Below, piece after piece: positions 56,167 to 64,000 of a DNA stretch of 64,000 bases (positions within the stretch are counted from its first letter, which is position 1; each line of letters begins with the position of its first letter). Source of the stretch: a virus; the IMG/VR virus record IMGVR_UViG_3300021405_000010, positions 13,712 to 77,711 of that record; one strand, written 5' to 3'. The notes below the pieces were generated by a model. It was not told the DNA's origin. It made no database searches and saw only the letters and a program-made list of their open reading frames with translations. A program made the position numbers and the translations under genes.

Positions 56167-57442
56167 CGGCGGTAACGAAAGCGGCGAGACCGTCGCTCTT
56201 GGCGCTTGCTGGGGTGGTAATAGCAGCTCCAAAAGCAACGCCTTTTTGGGAAGCGGCTGGGGTTCCAAAAGCGGTGACATCTACACCAGTGGTCAGATTG
56301 CGAATTGTATTAATCGTGAAGGTGCTGGCCGAATAGAGGGTGACCGTGGGCACCTTAGCCATCCGGCGCGGGAACAGCATTGAGCCCATGGCAAATCCAG
56401 CCTGATGAGCATAGAGATTCAGCCCCCATGTACCGGCATTAGTCGTTTGATAGTTGAAGTTGGTGTAGTAGTAGCGGATCGCATCGTGCAGATCGGCCTC
56501 GAAAGAGTTGATCGTGGCGTAGCCGCACTGGGGTGAGGCTTCCAGCCGCACCGCCGTAATCTTCATCTGGTTGTTAGTGACAGAGCACATGTTGCTCTGG
56601 CCCGTCCCAGCCCCGAAGAACCCGGCATTCCATTTGGCCGTATTAGTGGTGGTCCACTGGCTCCCGCAGGCCATCGTCACTCCGACATACATCCCGGTCA
56701 CCCCCTCGCCATAGCTCCAGGTGCCGCTCGTTGGAATGGCCGGGATATTCTGGATCTTGATCCGGGTCCACGTATTAGCCGTGGGCATCGTGAAGGTGGC
56801 GCAATAGGACTCGTCCCGGGCTCCAGAAGCCAGATAGGCCGAATAGGTGCCCGGCTGATTAACCCAGCAAAGGAAAGACAGGCTTAAAATCTCGCCTTGA
56901 ATCGGAGCCAAGTCAGAGCCCTCGATCAGGTGCTCATGGGAGTAGAGGTCGGTCGTTCCCAGAGTCGGGGCCGTGGTGCCTACCGTGTATTTGATAGCCG
57001 CCGGGCAAGTGTCGTAATCAGCCCCGGCGAAGGGTCCTACGTCCGCCGCGATCGCCAAGACTCCGGCAGTAGTCATCCGGCACAGGCACATGTCGTAGGT
57101 CTTATTGACCCCGGCCACCAGCGCCGGGGCGGCCCCGGTCTGCTGGACCTGACAAGAGCCGTTCTTAACGTAGTTCCTGGCCGCGCGCGCCGTCAGGCTC
57201 TGAGGCAGGTACTGGCCGGTGACCGGATCCCAGAAGTACCAGACCCCGCCCATGGCGATCGGGCCCTGATCGGTCGAGGGAAGAGTAGAACCAGGGGGCA
57301 GGATCAGGCCCGTCAGGAACTGGCCTTCCACCGTGGCGGACATCAGGATGCAGGCCTGCTGGAAGGTTTCGTCCATGTCGCCGTCGAACCCCTCGGGGAA
57401 CGGCGCGATACTGATCTTTAACGGTAAGGATTGGTCTGCCAT
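56150..57442 (-). CDS. Tail fibre/spike protein, C-terminal domain paralogous to 30308 and 32827 fibres
   Basis: NYVKNGSCQVQQ...HLIEG...RYY...TADARL. Confidence 0.75.
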   Translation of the reverse strand: MADQSLPLKISIAPFPEGFDGDMDETFQQACILMSATVEGQFLTGLILPPGSTLPSTDQGPIAMGGVWYFWDPVTGQYLPQSLTARAARNYVKNGSCQVQQTGAAPALVAGVNKTYDMCLCRMTTAGVLAIAADVGPFAGADYDTCPAAIKYTVGTTAPTLGTTDLYSHEHLIEGSDLAPIQGEILSLSFLCWVNQPGTYSAYLASGARDESYCATFTMPTANTWTRIKIQNIPAIPTSGTWSYGEGVTGMYVGVTMACGSQWTTTNTAKWNAGFFGAGTGQSNMCSVTNNQMKITAVRLEASPQCGYATINSFEADLHDAIRYYYTNFNYQTTNAGTWGLNLYAHQAGFAMGSMLFPRRMAKVPTVTLYSASTFTINTIRNLTTGVDVTAFGTPAASQKGVAFGAAITTPASAKSDGLAAFVTADARLT

Positions 57443-57444
57443 TT

Positions 57445-57618
57445 TTACCAGTGATGGTTAGGACGGGAGAGGTTGAGCTGCTGGGGGCCGAAAGGGTTTA
57501 AGATAAAGACCGGGGAATCCATCAAAGAGTCGTAGAGAAGCTCTTTACTCCGGGAGGGGTAAATGGACGGCATCCCGGTCTGCAGATCCAGAACGACCGA
57601 AGTGATGGTGGTGCTCAT
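57445..57618 (-). CDS. Small structural-module protein (57 aa)
   Basis: Manual translation MSTTITSVVLDLQTGMPSIYPSR...; ATGA-coupled. Confidence 0.55.
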   Translation of the reverse strand: MSTTITSVVLDLQTGMPSIYPSRSKELLYDSLMDSPVFILNPFGPQQLNLSRPNHHW

Positions 57619-59441
57619 GCCGTGGCCTCCAGGACGATGTGCGGGGTGGTGGATTCATCGACCGGGCAAACCCCCTGGGGGCTCTGGAGCTGCCGGTCGT
57701 AGAAGAATTTGAGCTGGCGGATGCCTAAGCGGCCCTGCCACTGAACCATCAACTGGAACGCCTTATCGACTCCATCCATCCGCTGGATCTCGGTGCAGGC
57801 CGCGCCGTCCTCGCTTTCATGGATGATGAATTCGCTGGTCCGCATATGGCGCACCTGTTTGCGGTAGTTCTCAAACTGGGTGGTCTGGTTTTTGGCGACG
57901 TAGTAGAGCTTGGTCGCGATGGAAGGATTGCCCCACGGGCCCACATCGGCGCGCAACGTCGTCGAAAAAAGCGGCTGGTAGTTCCCGGCCAGCCCCGCGA
58001 CGTAGACCTGGATCGGGACCGTCCCCTTCAGGTTGACGATCATGAATTCCGCGAAAACGAACCGGTAATAGTCGTCGGTCTGGAGCAGGAAAGCCCGGGT
58101 CTCAAAGGAGCAGTGGATGTTAGCCTCCACGTCGCTCACCTGATTGGGCATGTAGTTTTCCCACAGGTGAATATTGGCCTGGAGGGGCAGGTCGGTTTCG
58201 GGCTGGGGCGAAGGCGAGTCGCCTTCATTGACGGCCAGAAAACCGGAGCTGTAACTCAGCTCGTAGTTGTGCTGGGTGCCGTTGATGATCGGGCTGGTGT
58301 ACTGGACCGGATAAGTGCCGCTCCAGATCCCAACCCAGCACATTCCTTGCTGGTTATTCAGCTTTTCCGCGACTCCCCCGTCCATGATCCAGGTGTGCCG
58401 GTTATTCAGGCAGCTGGCCGGGACAGAGACCATCAGGACGTTCTCCCAGACCCCCAGGGCGGCTCCGGTGACGTCGGGGGCCATCAGGTGCTTAGAACGC
58501 TGCATCTCGCCGTCTGCGGTCAAAATGACGGTGGTCAGGTTCTGGGTCAGGGCCCGGTCGTAGGAAATAATCCCCCGGGCGGTCAGGATCCAGAGCATCC
58601 CGTGCAGATAGACCATCCCCCAGGGGGCGATAAAGCCGATCTCCAGGTTGACGTCGGCCTGGAAATTAGGAGTGGTCGACCACTGGGTCCGGTCCTGGAT
58701 AAAGCTCTGAAGGGAGTGCAGGCTCGACTGGGTGCCCACCAGGATTCCCTGGACGGGCGAGGGGACCAAATTAACCACCGGCCTCGGGAACCGGAACCCG
58801 CTGGCTTCCGCGAGGTACGTGTTCTCGGTGAAGCTCTGGGGGTACAAGAGATCGGAAGCGAAGATCAGGTTATCGACCACCACCCAGAGCCGGTTATCCT
58901 GCCAGAGCATGGCGGTGCCGATCGGCAACGGGCTCGCCGGATTGCCGGTCACATAAGAAAGATCGGCTTTACCGCTCGAAAAATCGGTGGTGTCCCAGTA
59001 GCAGGGGGTGCTGGAGCCATCCTGCATTAGGACGATGTTCTTGGGCTGGGGCAAGAGAACGATGGCATTGTCCGGGCCGTAAACGATCGCCTGTTCGGCG
59101 TTGCAGAAGTAGATCCGAGGCGCATCGGCCAGGAAGCTGACGTTTGCCATCTGGGTCCAGCTCTTAAAGGGGTAGGGAGCCCAGTAGACTTTGCCGTCGA
59201 TGGCGATCAGCTTGTAGTTGCGGTCATCCATCGTCCGCACCCAGAAGGCCCCTTGGGCGTTATGGCCGCAGAAACTGGTTACCCGGCGCTTGGCTGGCCG
59301 GGTCTGGACGACGCCGCCACGGTTCACCACGTTAACGCCCCAGGCGTAGGTGCCAGCCAACAGATCAGTCGGGTAAAGGAGGCTATCCACCCCGCCCACA
59401 TACTGGCCGTCGATCACGAATTGAAACTGCTGGGCGCTCAT
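57615..59441 (-). CDS. Tail tubular/nozzle protein (P22 gp10/T7 gp12-like, beta-propeller)
   Basis: GGVDS...NVVNRGGVVQTRP N-terminus, RLWV...IFASD; size and position; start revised. Confidence 0.65.
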   Translation of the reverse strand: MSAQQFQFVIDGQYVGGVDSLLYPTDLLAGTYAWGVNVVNRGGVVQTRPAKRRVTSFCGHNAQGAFWVRTMDDRNYKLIAIDGKVYWAPYPFKSWTQMANVSFLADAPRIYFCNAEQAIVYGPDNAIVLLPQPKNIVLMQDGSSTPCYWDTTDFSSGKADLSYVTGNPASPLPIGTAMLWQDNRLWVVVDNLIFASDLLYPQSFTENTYLAEASGFRFPRPVVNLVPSPVQGILVGTQSSLHSLQSFIQDRTQWSTTPNFQADVNLEIGFIAPWGMVYLHGMLWILTARGIISYDRALTQNLTTVILTADGEMQRSKHLMAPDVTGAALGVWENVLMVSVPASCLNNRHTWIMDGGVAEKLNNQQGMCWVGIWSGTYPVQYTSPIINGTQHNYELSYSSGFLAVNEGDSPSPQPETDLPLQANIHLWENYMPNQVSDVEANIHCSFETRAFLLQTDDYYRFVFAEFMIVNLKGTVPIQVYVAGLAGNYQPLFSTTLRADVGPWGNPSIATKLYYVAKNQTTQFENYRKQVRHMRTSEFIIHESEDGAACTEIQRMDGVDKAFQLMVQWQGRLGIRQLKFFYDRQLQSPQGVCPVDESTTPHIVLEATA

Positions 59442-61300
59442 GGCATCGAGACAAAGGAAGAGCCCCAGGTGTCGGGATCGACCTGGATGCCCAGTTGTTC
59501 CTGGGGGTGGGTGGCGCGCCACTCCTTGTTGAGGAGATCCTTGGCGGCCATGAGGAGGACGTTGGCGGCGTTTGGATCGGTCATCGCGGTCTGGATGGCC
59601 CTCATCCCGTTTAGCATCGCGGAGCGGCTCCGCAGATGAATCGGGTCGGTCAGGCTGGTGATCTTAACCAGCCGCTTCTTGTACCGGAGCCGGATCGTGA
59701 CCGCCTGCTGGCCGATCTTGATTATCCGGAACATCGGCTCGGGGATATTCGGCCAGAAGGTCCCCAGGGCCTGCACATACTGGGTTCCATCGGTCGCGTA
59801 GAGCTGCAAGAAGCTCTGGGGAGAGCCGATGACGATCCGGTCAATCCGCTTAAAAGGGAGCTGCTGATCACTGATATCAAAGCTGCCTTGTTCACAAGTT
59901 ACTATGGCTCCAGGGTTTCCGTCTTTCCCGTAGATCGGTAAATCGTTCTGATCGATGCCGTAAGCCCTGACCGGCGTACCGTTATCCGTTACAGAAACCG
60001 GCGCGGCTACCAAGTAGGAAGGGCTCTGGAGTGGGAAAGCGCACGGCATCTCCCCTACTTCTTCCCAACCTCCGGAGGGTCTGTTACTACCCACCTGATC
60101 GGCGTAATCGTTATCCTGGCCCAGTCCATTCATGTGGAATTCGTGCCACTGATTCCGGAAGGTCCCGCGCGACTTATTCACATTGATGGCCAGGACCTGA
60201 TCGACATACTGGGGTAAGGTCACGTAGAAGCTGTCAAAGGTCTGGATATCGACGTAGCCAATCAGGGGATCCCAGTTGGAAAGATTGGCGAGCAATTCAA
60301 TCGCCTCGGTCATCCGGTCAAAGACCTTGGCTTGTCCGATCGGGCCAAAGATGTCACAGGCCGAATCGTAGAGGTCCCCGGCGATAACGGCATCGCGGGT
60401 ATTGATCGAGAGGTTTAAGGTCGGGCTCGTTTCAGCAGCTTGACTAACACGCTGGAAGAGATTTCTCGCGGCTTGGTCCTCATCCAAGAACCGGAGGGCG
60501 TTCTGCTCGGCGGTGGCTCCGTCGTCCCAGTTGAGGGTGTCGTAGGCCTTAATGGCGATGCAGCTGGTGATGACGGCTTGCCGGTTTGAGAGCGGGATGA
60601 TGTCGGTCGGTTGCGTGAGCTTGTAGGTCCGTCTTCGGGCGAGGATTTTGGCCGAGACCGCCGTTTGCGAGAGTTTGATCCATTCAAATTGCGGATAGAG
60701 CACCGCCGGGCCCCAGGTGGCAACGAGGGAGCTTTCGATGACGAAGGGCGCTGCGTAGAGCTGGAGGCTTCCTTTGGTGACTGGTTTACTGACTTCCAAT
60801 AACCCATAAATCTTTGGACCGGCGTAACCCACCAGCGCCTCAATCCAGGTAGTGGACCCGTCCTGGTTGATCGTGTTGAGCAAGACCACCGTCGAGGTGT
60901 CATTGGCATCGGTGGACATGATGATGAACTGGTTGCCAGAGAGCGGCCAGGGCTTCTGCAAGGGTTTCCAGCCCTTATCCTGCCACTGCCAGCCAGCTTC
61001 GGGATCCACCGTGCCGGGCCCGTTAAGACTGAACTCGAAGAACTGATTGCGAGAAAAGCTCGGCTGCTTGTTGAGATTAATCTTGATCGGCTTTTCGATG
61101 TGCGGCGGCAGGCAGATGTAATAGCCGTCAACGACCGGGATATCCACGTAGATAAGAAGCGGGTCCCAAAGGACGCCGGTCTTGGTGGGTTTATTAGCTA
61201 ATAGCTCCACCGCCCGGGTCAGGACGTCAAAAGTATAGTCCTCGTCACAGGTGCCTAAGACCCGTCCGACTTGGCTGATCACATCACTGACGACGATCAT
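59438..61300 (-). CDS. Head-tail adaptor-like protein with two internal homologous halves
   Basis: AVELLAN..WDPLLIYVDI vs AIELLAN..WDPLIGYVDI. Confidence 0.6.
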   Translation of the reverse strand: MIVVSDVISQVGRVLGTCDEDYTFDVLTRAVELLANKPTKTGVLWDPLLIYVDIPVVDGYYICLPPHIEKPIKINLNKQPSFSRNQFFEFSLNGPGTVDPEAGWQWQDKGWKPLQKPWPLSGNQFIIMSTDANDTSTVVLLNTINQDGSTTWIEALVGYAGPKIYGLLEVSKPVTKGSLQLYAAPFVIESSLVATWGPAVLYPQFEWIKLSQTAVSAKILARRRTYKLTQPTDIIPLSNRQAVITSCIAIKAYDTLNWDDGATAEQNALRFLDEDQAARNLFQRVSQAAETSPTLNLSINTRDAVIAGDLYDSACDIFGPIGQAKVFDRMTEAIELLANLSNWDPLIGYVDIQTFDSFYVTLPQYVDQVLAINVNKSRGTFRNQWHEFHMNGLGQDNDYADQVGSNRPSGGWEEVGEMPCAFPLQSPSYLVAAPVSVTDNGTPVRAYGIDQNDLPIYGKDGNPGAIVTCEQGSFDISDQQLPFKRIDRIVIGSPQSFLQLYATDGTQYVQALGTFWPNIPEPMFRIIKIGQQAVTIRLRYKKRLVKITSLTDPIHLRSRSAMLNGMRAIQTAMTDPNAANVLLMAAKDLLNKEWRATHPQEQLGIQVDPDTWGSSFVSMP

Positions 61301-61632
61301 TTGTCTTTGAAGTATTCGCTAAGGGCCTTGCGCGCTCCGCCGTCACTGTCGCCGTTCTTCTTCTTGGATTTGGCCGGTGGCGGGTCGATATGGGTGACCT
61401 CCATGGTCACACTGCAGGTGTGCTTCTTGCCGTCTTTACGCGTGTTCTCGTTGTGGGTCCGGTTGCGGATCTTGTAGTGGATCGTCAGGGTGCCGGAATC
61501 AGGCATTTCGGCCAGCCTTTTATCCTCGATATCGTCGATGTGCAGACAGGGATAGTGAGCCTCGTTCCTGAGATCGCCCGTGTCCGGCGCGGTCATGTCG
61601 CTCCACTTCTTACCCAGATCGATTTTACTCAT
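61297..61632 (-). CDS. Small virion-associated protein
   Basis: YPCLHI...SVTMEVTHI; start revised to MSKIDL. Confidence 0.55.
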   Translation of the reverse strand: MSKIDLGKKWSDMTAPDTGDLRNEAHYPCLHIDDIEDKRLAEMPDSGTLTIHYKIRNRTHNENTRKDGKKHTCSVTMEVTHIDPPPAKSKKKNGDSDGGARKALSEYFKDK

Positions 61633-62318
61633 AACGATTTCGCGACCTCTTTGAGGCGAGCTAGGCCGCCCCAGGCTTGGGTCATGGTGTTGGCGGTGTC
61701 CCACCAGACATTGGGTGGGACCCATTTGCCGATGGAGCCCGGGAAGAGCAGGTAAACGATTTGCTTGTTGCTGGTGCCTCCCTTTTTCGGATCCGGGTTA
61801 ACATTCAGGGCCGTGGCCATCCGGATCGAGATCTCGCCAATCTTATCCTTGGGGCCTACGTCAGCGAAAATGCCGTAACAGTTGTCGCCGGTCGCAAGGT
61901 TCAGGCACAGGCCGCAGTCGCCGGTCTTGGCTCCTGTGTAGTGCGTCCCTGGCATGACGAAGAAAGGGATCTCTTCTGAATTCACGTACCGGTACTGGCT
62001 GGACTCTGGGAAAGTGGGATTGATCAGAGCTGTGCCGCCCACGTACATCCCGGGCTTTGGTTCGTAGATCTTCTGGATGACAGGCATCCCTTTGGAGTCG
62101 GTGGGGCCGCCCCACCAATTGCCTCCTGGGGTGCCCCCATTGGCCGTGTAGTCGATGCCGGTGTTGTTCGGGCCGTAACAGCTGGGTGAGCCGTCCGCAT
62201 TGACCATTGCGCCTGCCTTGAAGACCCAGCTCTTCTGGCTGGTATCGATCGGTTCACCGGAGACCGAATAAATCGAGACTCCGGCTACCGAATCGATCTG
62301 GGTGAGTTTGTTAGGCAT
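61629..62318 (-). CDS. Glycoside hydrolase family 75 (chitosanase-like), candidate lysin
   Basis: NADGS, IPFFVMP, GDCG, ADVGP..KIGEISIRMA, YLLFPGS. Confidence 0.8.
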   Translation of the reverse strand: MPNKLTQIDSVAGVSIYSVSGEPIDTSQKSWVFKAGAMVNADGSPSCYGPNNTGIDYTANGGTPGGNWWGGPTDSKGMPVIQKIYEPKPGMYVGGTALINPTFPESSQYRYVNSEEIPFFVMPGTHYTGAKTGDCGLCLNLATGDNCYGIFADVGPKDKIGEISIRMATALNVNPDPKKGGTSNKQIVYLLFPGSIGKWVPPNVWWDTANTMTQAWGGLARLKEVAKSL

Positions 62319-62422
62319 AAAAATGAGGGACCGACACTCTAGGCGCTGGTTCTTGAATAGCGTCCTTTCTCTGTGGATTAGAATGTTGCCAGAGCATCGG
62401 CCCCTCCCGGTGGAAAGGTTTG

Positions 62423-62447
62423 GGAGGGCCCCTGTGAGGAGCCCTCC
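62423..62447 (-). terminator. Hairpin just downstream of capsid gene
   Basis: ggagggc/gccctcc stem. Confidence 0.5.
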
Positions 62448-62454
62448 ACTTCGA

Positions 62455-63696
62455 TTACATCGAGTAGCCGCTGGCGCTGCCGGGATAGCTCGGGCAGGTC
62501 AAGAAGTTAAAGGTCGGATTGCACCGCTTGTACATCACGGGGATAACGGCGTGGGGTCGCTCCGGGCGGTACGCTCGAATCATCTGGTAAATATGGTATC
62601 CATAATCACCATAGGTGTTACAGTCGTTATCGCGTATAACGGTGAACTCAAGCTCTCCTTGAGCGAACTGCGCTGGGAACTTCCAATCACCCACGCCTAA
62701 GTACTGCTCGGGGACTAACCTTCGGAAACTGTTGGCGAAGATGAGGAATCCAACTTCGTACTGGGCGTAGAGCCATGCCGGGTTGGTCCTGGCACCAAAT
62801 CCCGTCGTCACCTGAACCGCGATCTCGGGCTCGATGAATTGCGGGATCAGCTGGCCGTTTAGGACGGTGAAGGAGTTGAAGCGCAACGGCTGCTGGTCGA
62901 TGCCGAAGGCGATCCCGCGATATGGTCCCTCCCAGCTGTAACCCGTGATGGACTCATTCCCCAGCTCGTACCGGCCTGTGGTCAGGTATTGTAGGTCCTG
63001 ATGGACATTCAATTCGTCCCTGAAAACGTTCAGCTGGCTCTGACTTCCGATGAACTTGGCGACTGTACCTTTCTCAGACTCAAAGGACTCGCAGAGCAGG
63101 GTCTCATGGGCGAACACGAGCAGGTACTGCAGGAACGAAAAGGTGAGGTTGGCGTCCGGCGGCGTGCTGTCGTTTACAGGCACATCGATCATCTGGACGT
63201 CCCCATTGACCATCGCCTCAAACGTGCGGCCCTGGTTGATCTTGACCTTGATCCCAGAGTGGAGGAAGAGCTGGCTGCGCACGTCGCAGTTTGCCAGATA
63301 GAGCAGCTGCTTTTGCAAACTGTCTTGCACTGCGACGTATGAGTTCTGAAATGCGCTGCGCATCTGCTTCACACACACTTTTGGACCTCTGCCTCTTAAC
63401 GTGCCAAGGCGTGTGATGTATTCCGTTGTCCCAACTTGCGCAATCTGCCCGAAAGTCCCGCAAGAATCGGTGTCATTGATATACTCTGGCAGTACCAGGG
63501 ATTGCCCTAGAATTGGTCTCTCAACGACCACATTACGTTGCTGGTCGCTTATGGCGTTCTCGAATACGCCGCCATCGAGGGTGTCGTTGAAGGGGGCCCT
63601 GCGCATTATCATCGTGGTGATTTGTCCCACGAGCCGGTTGTTGTCCCTGTTCGCGAAATCGGTCGCTTGAACTGGGGTTACGATGCAGTCGCCAAT
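62455..63696 (-). CDS. Major capsid protein (probable ATT start; ORF track starts at GTG 63630)
   Basis: About 413 aa, first gene of late operon, followed by hairpin; open frame upstream of GTG; AAGGA before ATT. Confidence 0.7.
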   Translation of the reverse strand: MGDCIVTPVQATDFANRDNNRLVGQITTMIMRRAPFNDTLDGGVFENAISDQQRNVVVERPILGQSLVLPEYINDTDSCGTFGQIAQVGTTEYITRLGTLRGRGPKVCVKQMRSAFQNSYVAVQDSLQKQLLYLANCDVRSQLFLHSGIKVKINQGRTFEAMVNGDVQMIDVPVNDSTPPDANLTFSFLQYLLVFAHETLLCESFESEKGTVAKFIGSQSQLNVFRDELNVHQDLQYLTTGRYELGNESITGYSWEGPYRGIAFGIDQQPLRFNSFTVLNGQLIPQFIEPEIAVQVTTGFGARTNPAWLYAQYEVGFLIFANSFRRLVPEQYLGVGDWKFPAQFAQGELEFTVIRDNDCNTYGDYGYHIYQMIRAYRPERPHAVIPVMYKRCNPTFNFLTCPSYPGSASGYSM

Positions 63697-63836
63697 ATTG
63701 CTTGTATCCTTACGCCCGATAGCTTCGGGCAGAGCTTGAGTGGGTTTTAAACGAACGGTTTAAACACCCGAATCAACGCTCCGGTGGCGAGCTTTGGACC
63801 AGCAATCAAGCAGGCCGGTTCCTGAACTGCGTCTTG

Positions 63837-63866
63837 AGAGTACGCCTGATTTATTTCATCTAGCAA
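63837..63866 (-). promoter_or_regulatory. Putative capsid-gene promoter
   Basis: TTGCTA-18-TACTCT. Confidence 0.45.
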
Positions 63867-63900
63867 GAAAGAATTGTGCCAACTGATGACATGTCATAGG

Positions 63901-63966
63901 CATGCTCAACGTTGCACCTTCGGCAATTTGCCGAAAAATCGGCTGATTTCCAAGGGTTTACACGAG
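63901..63966 (-). repeat. 66-bp dispersed repeat copy D
   Basis: Reverse complement ctcgtgtaaacccttggaaatcagccgatttttcggcaaattgccgaaggtgcaacgttgagcatg. Confidence 0.9.
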
Positions 63967-64000
63967 CAAATTGGCCCTTACCAGCTCCCGGCCATGACTC

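Noticed and set aside
43450-59030. Long + strand ORFs (43450..44499, 49812..50786, 57819..59030 and others)
   Set aside because: Antisense shadows of GC-rich - strand genes with no motifs.
5117-63966. 66-bp repeats as CRISPR repeats or IS ends
   Set aside because: Kilobases apart, no spacers, no cas or transposase gene, no target-site duplications noticed.
1-64000. tRNA, rRNA, integrase, portal, large terminase
   Set aside because: None recognised by eye; packaging genes probably lie outside the window. tRNAscan-SE was not run.

Overview
This window is a 64-kb segment of a GC-rich tailed dsDNA phage with a podovirus-like gene order. Host is uncertain. Shine-Dalgarno-poor starts (often cgtATG) and a GH75 enzyme suggest a soil Verrucomicrobia-type host, but this is inference. 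Layout: 1-9.8 kb (-) replication/recombination (HAD phosphatase, initiator-like protein, VRR-NUC, SF2 helicase, Bet recombinase, HNH). 9.9-18.2 kb (-) many small early/accessory genes (DUF932, SAM methyltransferase, DUF6011, acyltransferase-3) driven by sigma70-like, often leaderless promoters overlapped by repeated operators. 18.2-24 kb (+) terminase-small-subunit-like gene, an Acb2/Tad1-like protein and small ORFs. 24.2-37 kb (-) holin-like gene and beta-helix/collagen tail-fibre genes. 37.1-40.1 kb (+) small genes and a structured RNA candidate. 40.4-63.7 kb (-) morphogenesis: ejection-type proteins, tail tube/adaptor, GH75 enzyme and major capsid protein. The most striking feature is a complete YcaO-TfuA pair (peptide-backbone thioamidation machinery) translationally coupled inside the ejection-protein cluster, directly after a Gly/Ala/Gln-rich protein ending in an Ala tract plus a CWVAR (CFI-box-CTERM-like) domain. 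Other highlights: four dispersed 66-bp palindrome-containing repeats, a probable ATT start for the capsid gene, tail modules re-used on exported proteins, and a glycosylase-like domain on the giant internal protein. No integrase, portal, large terminase, tRNA or CRISPR array was recognised. All family calls are by eye from motifs; no searches were run.
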